The notes beneath the pieces are model-generated. The model worked only from the letters and a program-made list of their open reading frames with translations, made no database searches and was not told the DNA's origin. Below are positions 1 to 10,547 of a stretch of 64,000 bases of DNA, piece by piece. This DNA comes from Candidatus Latescibacterota bacterium (lineage in GTDB: Bacteria; Latescibacterota; UBA2968; UBA8231). The DNA is taken from contig CBDAOB010000005.1 in assembly GCA_965197905.1 (NCBI GenBank), positions 1,088,001-1,152,000 of the forward strand, given 5' to 3'. The position numbers and the translations under genes are program-made. Position 1 is the first letter of the stretch, and each line of letters opens with the position of its first letter.

Positions 1-457
1 CCACCCGGGTCAGGCCGGCGTGAATCTTACCAGGAAGCATCTGGTAGAGCTGCGAGTTGCCGCAGAAGTTGAAATAACCGCCACCGCCATGGGCGCCCCA
101 GAGGTCGTGACCGCACGGGCGGCGGTCGGTCCGAGTGCGCTCGAAGCGGAAACCGTAGCAGTTTTCGTCGGCAAGCCCCTGGTGGGATAGAATCTCGTTG
201 AGCACACCCACGATTACGGGGTGGTCCAGCAACACCTGTGATGGTCCTCCTACCGAGTTTCTCTCGCCCGGGGGAAGTGACTCCGGTTCGTCGAGAAACC
301 TCCACTGGTGCTCCAGAATCGGTTCCAGTTCCTCAGCAGAAAGGAGACCGGGAAGCACGATCCACCCCTTCAAGTCGAAGAGGTACTTTTGCGCCGCCGT
401 CATCGGAACGATAGGCAGGCCGTCGGCATTCGAGGTGGGTAGAAATCCGTTCTTCAT
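1..457 (-). CDS. Phytanoyl-CoA dioxygenase (PhyH)-family protein, runs off the left edge
   Basis: Manual translation: MKNGFLPTSNADGLPIVPMTAAQKYLFDLKGWIVLPGLL...LLDHPVIVGVLNEIL...HGGGG. The YLFDLxGW N-terminal pattern is typical of PhyH proteins. GAGGGG RBS precedes the ATG at 457. Confidence 0.65.
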   Translation of the reverse strand, partial: MKNGFLPTSNADGLPIVPMTAAQKYLFDLKGWIVLPGLLSAEELEPILEHQWRFLDEPESLPPGERNSVGGPSQVLLDHPVIVGVLNEILSHQGLADENCYGFRFERTRTDRRPCGHDLWGAHGGGGYFNFCGNSQLYQMLPGKIHAGLTRV

Positions 458-976
458 CTGTATTCCCCTCATACCACTAGGAGCTCGCCCTCAATTTTCG
501 CCAGCTGCTCGGGCATGTGTTCGGGTGCGTCAGCACCTGCTCGAGATGAGTCTGTCGCCGCGGTCCGGCAGGTTTCAAAGATACCGATTGGGTTCTCGCC
601 AGGCCTGCAAGCGCCCCGATGTGACCAGAAGGTGTTCACCATGGGGGAAAATGGCAACTCGAAATGAAGCTGATTCCGACGTGAGCTCTCGCTGAATTCG
701 CCAACGGTCGCGATGTTGACCGCCCCACTGGCAACTGGCGCGGCATCTGTACTGAATTTGTTGAACTTTGCATCCTCCTGAGCGTTCTTGTTCTGTGGGA
801 GCAGGGCGCGCCGGTGGTTTGTAAATACCCTCAGCGTGTCACGCCGCCAGGACGTTTCCTGCTTCCCGAAGAGGAGGTTGCTACCCCCGTAGATATCTAC
901 CTCTACGAGTGGTTTTGCTCCAACCGCGCCGGCGGCAAGGAAGCAGGATCATCCGGCGCAAAGGCAGGAGAGCTGA

Positions 977-3866
977 ATGACGCAGCGATCCTTCCAGGCG
1001 TATTGGGCTCTAGGGCTGTTTGTATGGACGGCCGGGCATACTGAGGAACCACCGCACCTAGCGTCTCCCGAGGTGACGGGGACCCGACCTTTTCTGCGCT
1101 ATGAACGGCCGCCCTACCAGAACTACGCCATCAACCACTTCACCAATTATCCGGAGCACACCTGGAGGCACGGCAATCTTGCGCTTGGGCTCTCGGGGCC
1201 GAAAGGACACGGCGACGGCATAGGCGTTGATCGGCCTCAGGCCATGTGGAGCCCACTGGGGGAGTACCTCATGACCGGCTACGACCTGTTCAGCTGGGTG
1301 GAACGACGCCAGCCGGAACAGCGCGAGGGCAGCGAGGCCTTCAATGACGGGGCGGCATGGGACGTCTTTAACCAGGTGGCATTGGGGCGCGACGGATACG
1401 GGGAGTGGGGTTACAGCGCCATTACGGGCGATGGATTGATCGCTCGCTTCACACCGCTGACGTTGTCGAAGACGGATTTCGACGGTCTGCGCCTGGATCT
1501 ATCCCTACCCCATGTGAAGTTCACCGGTCTGGGCTCGCGGATGGGCGTCTTTTCCAGAACCGATATGACCATGCTTCTCGGCGCCCGCGCCCAGGTCGAT
1601 CTGGGCGTTTTGAGCCTGGGTTTAAGCGGAGTGAACCTGCACCGCTACGACCCCACACAGCCGGGCAACAGCATGAAAGGCAGACTGCCTCCACGCCAAC
1701 CGCTCTTTGAGTGGCTCATCGTGCGCGTTGCGGATGACGCGCCCACCGACGGCCGCGGTGGAGCTGTAGTGCAGGAGGTACGCCTCATTCTCAATGGCCA
1801 ATTGCAGCCCGATATCCGCCCCCGGGTGATCCGGCACCAGGCCCGAACGCAGTCTCAGGTGGGGGTCCATTTAAGGTCAACGGGTGCCTTTTTAAGGGCC
1901 AGCTACAACCATGTCGAGGGCTCTTCCCAGTATTACCGGGGTCGGGAGAAACCGCTCTTTGCGGACTATTTCTATCGCCTGGCACACGAAGCGGGGGCGG
2001 AGGTGAGCAAGGATACCTACCTGGAGGGTCTGCTGGCGAATTTTGCGCTTGAAGCATCGGAGGGAACCAAACACGCCGATGACGCGGAGCAACTGGTCTA
2101 CCTCTTCGATCTGAGTTCGGTGCGCTACGCTGAATCGGTGGAGGTGGAAGCGGTTCTGGGCAATGACTACCGGGTGGAGTGGGCCGGAATATACGTAAAC
2201 GAGCCCCTTGCCCAGGACCGCCGATTCGACCGCCGATTCCGCAGCACCGTTTACCGCACGGCCCTGCGGGCCAGGGGTAGCGTACAGGATGGATCGAATC
2301 TCAAACGAGTGCGCTTCAACGTGGGCGAAAACACCGGGATTTTCACCTACAGCGTGGATATGCACCTGGCGCTCCCAAGCGTCGAGATCAGCAGCGAGTA
2401 TGCGCGCTCGGCGGTATATGCGCGCTATCCGACGCACCTAGAGGGCCGCAAATTGTTCGATGCGGGGCCGCGTTTTGCGAATCGGGGTTCGGCCTATTTC
2501 ATCAATGCGTTGCACAGGTTCGGGCGCGGCCGCGTCGGGGCGGAGTACTTTACCATGAATCCCGACTTCACCACCGAGATGCTGACCTCCGCCCCCCCCT
2601 GGTTGGACAACCAGACGATCATCTGGCACCTGGTGCAGGACAACGAGGATGGAGACCGTTGGCCGGAGGTCCGCCTGTGGGATGTTTCCGGCAGTCCACG
2701 GACAACCTACCCCGGGGCTTACCCTTCGGATGGAGACGGGACGTTTCCTGGTCAGGACGAGGACCGCGACGGCCTGGTGGACACGGATCGCAATCTCAAT
2801 GCCATCCCCGACTACGAGGAGACCTTCCTGCTCTACGAAGTGGAACCCAACGAGTACGTCTATGGCCTGGACCGCAATCACAACGACGAGCCGGATGCGC
2901 GCGAAGACGATTGGGACGCGGATTACCCGTACGATCCAAACCAGCAGGGCTATCACCTTTTCGGGCAGATGGATCTAAGCCCACACGCATCTCTGGAGCT
3001 GGGGCGCTACGCCATCAAAGAGCTCGTCAGCTGCGGACGCAACCGCTCTTTCTATGTTGAGCTACCGCCGGGAGGGGGTCGCGCGGCTGCTACGGCTCTT
3101 TTTCGAGAACAACTTCCGCCGGGTGCAGGACGACATTGCCGATAAATTCGCCCAATTCGAAACAGACGGAATCCAGGTGTTGGATTCTCCTGCGGAGCTG
3201 GACTGGGCTGGCGGACGAGTGTTTCACTACAAGGGTGGAAACAGGTCTCACCCGGATCTCCTGGACTATCAGGACAGCTACGTCAACGAGACCTACCTGG
3301 AGGGGCAGCTGCGTCCCTGGTCGACGTTGAACCTGGTGCACAAGCTGCGCTTGCGGCTCAACTGGCAACAGGGCGGCCGGCTGGCTAATGCCCGTTTCCA
3401 GCGCGCGCGCCGGCTAGACTTCTGGACGATGGTCAGTCGCGCAGACTACACCTGGGATGTCGGCAAATTAAGTCTAACCCCGCAATTCAAGTTCTTGCTC
3501 CTGCACCTAAAAGACCAGAAAGCCGACCGCTCCTTGCGCACCGAATACCGGGTGATTCCGATCCTCAAACTGAGCTACCCTTTGATGAGCCGGACCGTAC
3601 TGCAAGCCGGGTTCCAGGGTTGGGGCCCGGTACCCTATCGGGTGGAAAACCGGACCCAGAAGCGCGAGAGCTTCAAACGGCGCACCGCCATGGTTACCCT
3701 TACCAACCGTTCGCGCTATTTCGGCTACGATTTGCATACGATCATCGCTTTCAACCGGGAGGAGTTGAAGTTCGACGAACCTTTTCAACGCTACAAGGAA
3801 GTAGACGGCTGGTCCTTTTTAGTGCGCGGACTGGTGGGGTTCACCGAATATGGACGGTTGATCTGA
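977..3866 (+). CDS. Large exported protein of unknown family, paralogue 1 (putative outer-membrane beta-barrel); frameshifted at ~3056
   Basis: ORFs 977-3145 and 3054-3866 together are collinear with 7437-10385 and 14141-17188 (TGYDL, GDGLIARFTPLTLSK, DNEDGDRWP, YVYGLDRN, KLRLRLNWQQGG, GFTEYGR). AGGAG RBS; hydrophobic N-terminus. Confidence 0.85.
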
Positions 3867-3984
3867 TTAACTGCGCGGCGATTGGTCCGACGGCAGCACC
3901 CACGTGCTGCTTTCCCCCGAAGAGTTGATCGAGGCGATGTTATCGTTTGAGCTGGGCAGTACTTTTGGCCCCCTTTACTTGTCC

Positions 3985-4150
3985 TAGTCGTCTGGACCCG
4001 GCACCACCGCGTGTGCTGCTTGACGAGGTCTGGCCGCTGCTGAACGTGGTGGGGTATGGATGTGGAGCGCGTTAAAGCGGACATGAAAAGTCCGCACATC
4101 ACAGCGGTGATCGAGCAGGATCTGGCTGATGCCGAGGCGCTTTGGGTGCG
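3985..4150 (+). pseudogene. Degraded fragment resembling the C-terminal part of a DsbA/thioredoxin-fold protein
   Basis: Across frameshifts it reads WTRHHR...DEVWPLLNVVG/MDVERVKADMKSPHITAVIEQDLADAEAL, like the DsbA helix before the cis-Pro loop. No start or CxxC. Confidence 0.35.
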
Positions 4151-4431
4151 ACGGGATCGTCATCCAACGACTTGCGGAAGAAGGGCCAGTACTTGAAAAA
4201 CTCCATGCCGATGAGATCCACGTCGTTGACTGGGTTCCCCGTGACGGCATTTCTGTGAAACTCAACGACGCAGCTGTCGATGGGCTGGAGCCGGCCGACC
4301 CGGACCGAAACCCCAAGGAAGGTCAGTGGCTGCAGGGCAATCTCGATGCCAAGCAGATCAATCGAGGTGAGAATCAGGATGTGCCCGCCCAGCGTACCCG
4401 ATGCGAACTACCTGAATAGCGAGGGAAAACC

Positions 4432-5454
4432 ATGGACATTCTCGAACGATACGTAGCTATCGATAATAAATGCGCCTGGCCGAATCTCACGCTCATGCCG
4501 GACGGCAGCATCGTTGCGTCCGTCTTCGGAGAGCCCTGTCACCTGTTGTGGGAAGGCGAGGCAGAATGTTGGCGCAGCCAGGATGGAGGCAGAAGCTGGT
4601 CATTCTTGAGTGTGCCCGTCCCCAACGGGAAGGGCACGGCTCGCGGTAATCTGGCGGCGGGTTTGACACACGGGGGTGCATTGGTCGTTGTGTGCAGCGG
4701 TAGGAGCAACATGAGCCCAAAGGGAATAATGCCCTCGAAACAAGCTCCGGCCCAACGCCTACTGGCCCCCATTGTTTCCAGATCTGAAGACGGCGGCACC
4801 ACCTGGACCCACGAAAGCCAGGTGTTCGCCCCCGAAACCAGCAAGCTCCTTCTCTTCGGCGATATTGTGAGGCTGCCGGGAAGCCGGCTGGGCGTTTCCT
4901 GTTATTCGTCAATGGACGATCGGGACGAAAACGGCGACAGTGCCTGGATCTACTTCAGCGACGATGACGGGCGAACCTGGGGCGACGCCCGGCTTATTGG
5001 CGAGCGGTACAACGAAACCAACCTGCTGGTCCTGGGGGAAGGTAAGATGCTCGCTGCAAGTCGCACGGCGGGAACCGCCAAATCCGAGATCTTTGCCTCG
5101 AGTGACGGAGGGCACTCATGGACCTGTCGCGGTGCGGTAACGCCGGCGCGGCACATGCCGGCACATCTTCTACAGCTGCAGGACGAGTCGATCCTGCTCA
5201 CCTACGGAGTGCGTCTGCGGGGCATGCTCGGAGTCTACGCCAGCATCAGTCACGACGAGGGCATCACCTGGGATGATCCCCGGGTATTGTTCAACATAGC
5301 CGCCTACCAGTCAGATACGAGCAGCAAGGGTACGGACGGGGGATATCCGTCCAGCGTGCAGCTGGCGGACGGCACCATTCTTACCGCCTATTACTGCCAG
5401 CACATTCCCATGCACCAGCGCTATCACATGGGTGTCGTACTCTGGCGGAAATAA
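4432..5454 (+). CDS. Sialidase-like BNR/Asp-box glycoside hydrolase
   Basis: Repeated Asp-boxes SQDGGRSW, SEDGGTTW, SDDDGRTW, SSDGGHSW, SHDEGITW; C-terminal DGGYPSSVQL; GAGGG RBS. Confidence 0.85.
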   Translation: MDILERYVAIDNKCAWPNLTLMPDGSIVASVFGEPCHLLWEGEAECWRSQDGGRSWSFLSVPVPNGKGTARGNLAAGLTHGGALVVVCSGRSNMSPKGIMPSKQAPAQRLLAPIVSRSEDGGTTWTHESQVFAPETSKLLLFGDIVRLPGSRLGVSCYSSMDDRDENGDSAWIYFSDDDGRTWGDARLIGERYNETNLLVLGEGKMLAASRTAGTAKSEIFASSDGGHSWTCRGAVTPARHMPAHLLQLQDESILLTYGVRLRGMLGVYASISHDEGITWDDPRVLFNIAAYQSDTSSKGTDGGYPSSVQLADGTILTAYYCQHIPMHQRYHMGVVLWRK

Positions 5455-5457
5455 TAG

Positions 5458-5559
5458 ATGGAAGCAATCACAGGTATCGGTGCCAGGCGCGAACTATTTG
5501 TAGATCGGCACCTTATAGATAGCTTGAACGGATCAATCCCGTTGACGCCTTCCAGCTGA
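5458..5559 (+). pseudogene. 33-aa truncated 5' remnant of a propeller-type hydrolase gene
   Basis: ATG 3 nt after the sialidase stop. Reads MEAITGIGARRELFVDRHLIDSLNG, like the IGxRRELFVDxxLI N-terminus of uncharacterised hydrolases, then stops. Confidence 0.4.
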
Positions 5560-5625
5560 ATCTCTCACTTCTTAAACTCGGTGCCGTGTTCTGCGCCGGT
5601 CTCTGAAACGCACCAGAATCTTAGG

Positions 5626-7071
5626 TCAGCTATGGTACACTTGATCCTGCGGCTCGAACAGGGGTCGTAGCGGTCTGCGGGACGTCAGCGGTAGGGCGAC
5701 CACTAATGTGACGGCAGCGACTACGAAACCGAACAGCGCCGGGCTCAGTTGCCATGGTGAACCGAGCAGGAAACGCCAACCCACCGTGGCGATCGTGCCC
5801 GCCGTCATCGAAGCCACCACAGCATAGACGCGACTGCGGTCGTACCAGAAGACACCGACGATAAACGGCACCACCATGCCTGGCGCCCAGAAGTCGTAGA
5901 TGAACTCGAGTGCCTTGATGATATCGTCGAAGAAGTAGGCGCAGATAGCCGATCCGATTCCAGCGATACATGTCGTCCACCGCGCGACACCTAGCAGCTG
6001 GCTGTCACTTGCCGAGAGATCGACGTGGCGCCTGTAGACGTCTTCCATGGCGATTGACGACAAACTCGCCAGGCAGCTGTCAGCGGACGACATGACAGCC
6101 GCCATCAGGGCGGCGATCATAACCCCCGACAGCACCGGGTGAAAGAGCATTCTCACAATCGAAGGCAGCGCCAGCTGCACATTGCCTGCGGACTGGCCGT
6201 TTACGGCAGGATCGATGTGCGCCGAGAGTCCGAGGATGAATATCACGATCGGGTGAAAAAGCAGCAGAAACAGCCCGGCGCCGGCCACCCCCCACCTTGA
6301 TTGTTTCGCATCCCGGGCGATGAAACAGCGCGTCGTGTAAGGAGGAATGAAGGTCTCGCCCAGCAGGAAGGCGAAGAACAGTCCGATCAGGTGTACGGAG
6401 GTCCATTGACTGGTGAGCTCGAACGGTGCGTCTCCGACGTGTTCTGCGATTCCTGTGAAGCCGCCGTAACGCGAGAACAGCATGAATGCGGCGGTACCCA
6501 GTCCGAAGATGAGAATCACGAATTGCAGCACGTCGGTCTTGACGACGGCGCGCATGCCTCCGACGGTGGAATAAAAAACCGTGATCGCCGACGCGATCAG
6601 CAGCGCCACCCCATAGTCGATTCCCAGCACGGCGGTCATGATCGTGCCCATACCGACCATCTGGGCGGCGGCGGCCCCGATGAGGAAGATGACGCAGTGA
6701 AACGTCGAGAAATCCCGCGCCAGTACCCCGAACTTGAGCTCGAAGAAATCGCCCACGGTGATCAGGTTGAGCCCACGCAGACGCGGTGCCACGAACAGTC
6801 CCGTGAAGATCAGCTGCAGGTGCCAGGCGCAGACGATAACGGCAGCGGCGATGCCGACTTTGTAGACATTGCCGACGGAGCCGATCGACGATCCGCCTCC
6901 CAGCATCGTGGCAGCCGTCGTCGCCAGCAGCACCAGCCACCCGACCTGGCGGCCGGCGAGGGCAAAATCAGTGGCAGTGTGGATCCTGCGGGCGCTCGTG
7001 ATCCCAATGCCCAAGAGGATCACCAGGTAAATACCAAGTGCCGCTATCTCGATCGCGCTATCGTCGAACAC
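5626..7071 (-). CDS. Sodium:solute symporter (SSS) family protein
   Basis: Many hydrophobic helices; DFALAGR, YSTVGGMRAVVKTDVLQF and AAVMSSADS motifs. Confidence 0.93.
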   Translation of the reverse strand: MFDDSAIEIAALGIYLVILLGIGITSARRIHTATDFALAGRQVGWLVLLATTAATMLGGGSSIGSVGNVYKVGIAAAVIVCAWHLQLIFTGLFVAPRLRGLNLITVGDFFELKFGVLARDFSTFHCVIFLIGAAAAQMVGMGTIMTAVLGIDYGVALLIASAITVFYSTVGGMRAVVKTDVLQFVILIFGLGTAAFMLFSRYGGFTGIAEHVGDAPFELTSQWTSVHLIGLFFAFLLGETFIPPYTTRCFIARDAKQSRWGVAGAGLFLLLFHPIVIFILGLSAHIDPAVNGQSAGNVQLALPSIVRMLFHPVLSGVMIAALMAAVMSSADSCLASLSSIAMEDVYRRHVDLSASDSQLLGVARWTTCIAGIGSAICAYFFDDIIKALEFIYDFWAPGMVVPFIVGVFWYDRSRVYAVVASMTAGTIATVGWRFLLGSPWQLSPALFGFVVAAVTLVVALPLTSRRPLRPLFEPQDQVYHS

Positions 7072-7097
7072 TTGAGATCTATGGGGAAATCTGGGGG

Positions 7098-7270
7098 CTA
7101 CAGAATAACGCCAAGTTCACCCGCTACCCTCTCTGTCTGAGACCACACACCCTCGGCGATCAGAATATCCTCCGCTCGGCGGTGCTGCCCGGTCTCGTAA
7201 TCGAGCTCTCCGGACATCCCTCTGGCGAGTTGTGCGGTCCTGGCGTAAGCGATGTAGGCAGTAGCCCAGT
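7098..7270 (-). pseudogene. Possible C-terminal remnant of an Ldh_2 (malate/L-lactate dehydrogenase-like) gene
   Basis: Reads AYIAYARTAQLARGMSGELDYETGQHRRAEDILIAEGVWSQTERVAGELGVIL*, resembling the family's PGExE...GI...W...A.ELGV tail. Confidence 0.3.
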
Positions 7271-7436
7271 ATTATACACAAAGCCTCCGGTCCAATGAAG
7301 CAATATTGTGGACGGGACAGACCGGCCCGTAGCTCCTGCGCAAACAAGGTTCCAGGGTACTGTTAAATGGCACATCTTTTTGGTAGATTATCCGGGAGCT
7401 TAGATTTCCAGGATTCACCTGGGCTCATATGTCAAT

Positions 7437-10385
7437 ATGTTCAGACTGTCGCAAATCCTCTGCCTCTGCTTGGCGATCACACATGCCGGCGCCGAGGTGT
7501 CTGAGCGCCTCGAGGAGGTGACCACGGCGCGCCCGTTTCTGCGCTGGCCCCGGCCTGCTTACCACAACTACGCCTACCAGAACATCACCAACTTCCCCGG
7601 TCACGTGTTTCCCTACGTGGACACGCCGAAAGACCATTACGGCTTCTTCGGTAACTACCTGATAACCGGGTACGATCTCTACAAATGGGAGGAGACGCGC
7701 GTCTTGGGTCAGGAGTTTGGCAGCGCCATTTTCAAGGAATTTGGTGTGGATGAGGCGGGGGGTACCTGGCCCAACGCGTTCGATTACATGGTGGCCGGCC
7801 GCGGTGGTTACGGAAGCTGGGGTTACAACATCATCGCTGGCGACGCTCTGATCGCCCGCTTCACCCCGTTGACTCTATCCAAAGTGAACTACAACGGCGT
7901 GCGTCTGGATGTTTCCACACCCTATCTGAAGGTCACGGGTCTGGCATCGAGGCAGGAGCGGCCCAAGGACAGAATTCGACGGGTCGATAGGGCCCTTCAA
8001 GCAAAAACCCATTTTGCCGACGATTCCAACTTGCTTCTGGGCAGTCGAGCCCAGGTGGATCTGGGTCGTCTCCAGGTAGGTCTCAATTGGGTGAACCAGC
8101 ACGTATACCAGAGCACCCGGACCGGCAATAGCCTCAAGGGGCGGTTGAAACCGGACCAGCCCATGATGGACTACCTTCTCGTCCGTTTTACGGACGATTC
8201 TCCGGGCGACGGCACCGGCGGTGCCGTGGTGCGGGACGTCCGGCTCGTGATCAACGGTGAAGCGCGGCTGGACGTGGCGCCACGCGTAATCGGCCATCTG
8301 GCAGATCCTCCCGTGCAGATAGGTTTTGTTTCGGCGATCACGGGGAGATTCACCCCTTTGCCCTACAACCTGTTGTCGGCCTCGGGCGGGGGTACGGGCT
8401 TTTTCAACGAGACTTTTTATCGCGAGCGCGATTATCCGCTCTTTGCCGACTACCTGACGCGCCTCGATCACGCCGCCGGCGTCGACGTGAGCAAAGTGGG
8501 CCATATCGCAGGTCTGGAAGCCAACTACCAGGTGCATTCGCCTGGGGACGAGCTCCGTGCCGACGGCCAAAGACAGCTGGTCTACCTATTCGATCTGTCG
8601 GCCGAACCGGCCGTCCAATCGGTGGAGGTCGAAGCACTGCTGGGCAACGACTACCACGTTGACGTGGCCATGCTGTACAGCAAAAGTGAGGTTGGTGCTG
8701 CCTACGCTGACAGATTCCTGCCCACCTTCTATCACGTCGTCCTGCGCGCCGAGGGCAATGTAAGGGATTTGTCGAACCTCAGACGGGCGCGGTTCTCGGT
8801 GGGGGAGAACACCGGCCAGTTCGTCTACGGTGCCGACGTGCAGCTGCTGCTGCCGAGCTTGGAGATCCACGGCGAGTACGCGCGGTCCAGTGTGTACTCG
8901 CGCTACCCGGCCCGGGTGGGTGGGCAACCCGCGTTCGATGACGCGCCGCGTTTCAGCAATCGGGGTGCGGCCTACTTCCTCAACGCCGTGCATCAGTTTG
9001 GACGCGGGCTCGTGGGCGCTGAGCTGTTCTCCATAGATCCCGGATTTCAGACGGAGATGCGCTCCTACCTGCACGAAGAGTCCGCTCATTGGTTGGGCAT
9101 GTTTTCGGCGGTGGTCAACAATACCATGTACTGGCAATTGGTAGAAGACAACGACGACGGCGATCGCGATCCCGACCGCCAGTTCGGCAATCCGGTGGCC
9201 CTCAGTCCGGACCAGGTGGGGACGGACCTCGACGGCGTCTGGCTGAATCAGGACGAGGACAATGACGGGGCACCCGACATCAATCGCAATCTCAATCGGG
9301 TGGCCGATTTCGACGAGCCGTTTCTGATGTTCTATGTGGAGCCCAACAGCTACGTGTATGGGCTCGATCGCAACAACAACAACGAGCCGGATCCGCGCGA
9401 AGACGACGGCGACGTCGACTATCCGTACGACTATGACCAGGACGGTTGGCATCTTTTCGGCCAATGGGAGCTGACGCGGCACTGGTCCCTGGGCTTGGGC
9501 CGCTACGAGGTGGCAGAGATAGCCGGTGGCGGGCGCAACCGCTCCACCTACGGGTTGCTGAGCTACCGACCCGTCGAGCTCGGCTGGTTGCGGCGCTTCT
9601 TTTTCGAGAGCGGCCTGCGGCGAGTGCGGGATGACATCCCTGACGAGATCATGACCTTCAATCCAGACGTAGGGGCTCGGACAGGCGCCTACCGTCAGCG
9701 TGGGATCTTCTACGCACAAGGTGCAGACACCGGTTTTGGCCTGCCGGTCTTCACATTCGTCGACTTCATACCGGATCTGTTGTTCTACCGGGACAGCTTC
9801 GTGAGCGAAACCTATCTGGAGGGCAATCTCAGGCCGTGGTCGAAGTTGGATGTGAAACAAAAGCTTCGCCTGCGTCTCAACTGGCAGCAGGGTGGACAAC
9901 TCTACAACGGCGATGTCCAGCGCGATCGCCGACTGGATTTCTGGACCTGGGTGAGCAAAGTGCAGTATCCCATGTATTGGGGCAGCCTGAGCCTGACGCC
10001 CCAGTACAAGTTCATGATACTGCGCTCGGTCGACCGCGAGCGCGACGTGCGGCTGCAGTCAGAATATCGCTCGATTCCGATTCTGCGACTGGAGTATCCG
10101 CTTTTGCGCCGGACGTCGATGGCAGCGGGCATTCAAGGTATAGGCCCGGTGCCGTACCTGCGCGAAAACCATGCGGACAGAAGACTGAGCTTCGAACAGC
10201 GCACGTTCTTTGTTTCCCTCAGAAATCGCTCGAAGTATTTCGGCTACGAGCTGGTGACGATCGTCGGGTTCAACAAAGACAAGGTAAGTTTCGATGACAT
10301 CTCCCAGAAAGATCGAAACCTAGACTTGTGGACCTTCTTTGTGCGAACCGTGATTGGTTTCACGGATTTTGGGCGCCCCCTTTGA
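7437..10385 (+). CDS. Large exported protein of unknown family, paralogue 2 (intact, 982 aa)
   Basis: Signal peptide MFRLSQILCLCLAITHAGA; same conserved blocks as the other three copies; ends FFVRTVIGFTDFGRPL. Confidence 0.9.
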   Translation: MFRLSQILCLCLAITHAGAEVSERLEEVTTARPFLRWPRPAYHNYAYQNITNFPGHVFPYVDTPKDHYGFFGNYLITGYDLYKWEETRVLGQEFGSAIFKEFGVDEAGGTWPNAFDYMVAGRGGYGSWGYNIIAGDALIARFTPLTLSKVNYNGVRLDVSTPYLKVTGLASRQERPKDRIRRVDRALQAKTHFADDSNLLLGSRAQVDLGRLQVGLNWVNQHVYQSTRTGNSLKGRLKPDQPMMDYLLVRFTDDSPGDGTGGAVVRDVRLVINGEARLDVAPRVIGHLADPPVQIGFVSAITGRFTPLPYNLLSASGGGTGFFNETFYRERDYPLFADYLTRLDHAAGVDVSKVGHIAGLEANYQVHSPGDELRADGQRQLVYLFDLSAEPAVQSVEVEALLGNDYHVDVAMLYSKSEVGAAYADRFLPTFYHVVLRAEGNVRDLSNLRRARFSVGENTGQFVYGADVQLLLPSLEIHGEYARSSVYSRYPARVGGQPAFDDAPRFSNRGAAYFLNAVHQFGRGLVGAELFSIDPGFQTEMRSYLHEESAHWLGMFSAVVNNTMYWQLVEDNDDGDRDPDRQFGNPVALSPDQVGTDLDGVWLNQDEDNDGAPDINRNLNRVADFDEPFLMFYVEPNSYVYGLDRNNNNEPDPREDDGDVDYPYDYDQDGWHLFGQWELTRHWSLGLGRYEVAEIAGGGRNRSTYGLLSYRPVELGWLRRFFFESGLRRVRDDIPDEIMTFNPDVGARTGAYRQRGIFYAQGADTGFGLPVFTFVDFIPDLLFYRDSFVSETYLEGNLRPWSKLDVKQKLRLRLNWQQGGQLYNGDVQRDRRLDFWTWVSKVQYPMYWGSLSLTPQYKFMILRSVDRERDVRLQSEYRSIPILRLEYPLLRRTSMAAGIQGIGPVPYLRENHADRRLSFEQRTFFVSLRNRSKYFGYELVTIVGFNKDKVSFDDISQKDRNLDLWTFFVRTVIGFTDFGRPL

Positions 10386-10547
10386 GTGATCCGCTGTACA
10401 CGCGTGTGTCCGGCCTATGAGGTCGATATAGTCGCCGGCATGACCGGTTTCTTCTTCTTTCGTTCCCCGTCCAGACCCTCCAGCCTAACTTCGGTGTGGA
10501 CGTTCGTTTCGTCGATATCCTGAATGCGTCCCGCTACTCTGGGGCGC

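Noticed and set aside
469..657. 62-aa minus-strand ORF, and the 96-aa ORF at 4129-4419
   Set aside because: Possibly gene debris; no family could be assigned.
2216..2243. Short tandem repeat GACCGCCGATTC x2
   Set aside because: Only encodes DRRFDRRF in a variable loop; not an array.
7367..7384. TGGCAC as a sigma-54 promoter upstream of paralogue 2 (also ~13706)
   Set aside because: No correctly spaced TTGC -12 element.
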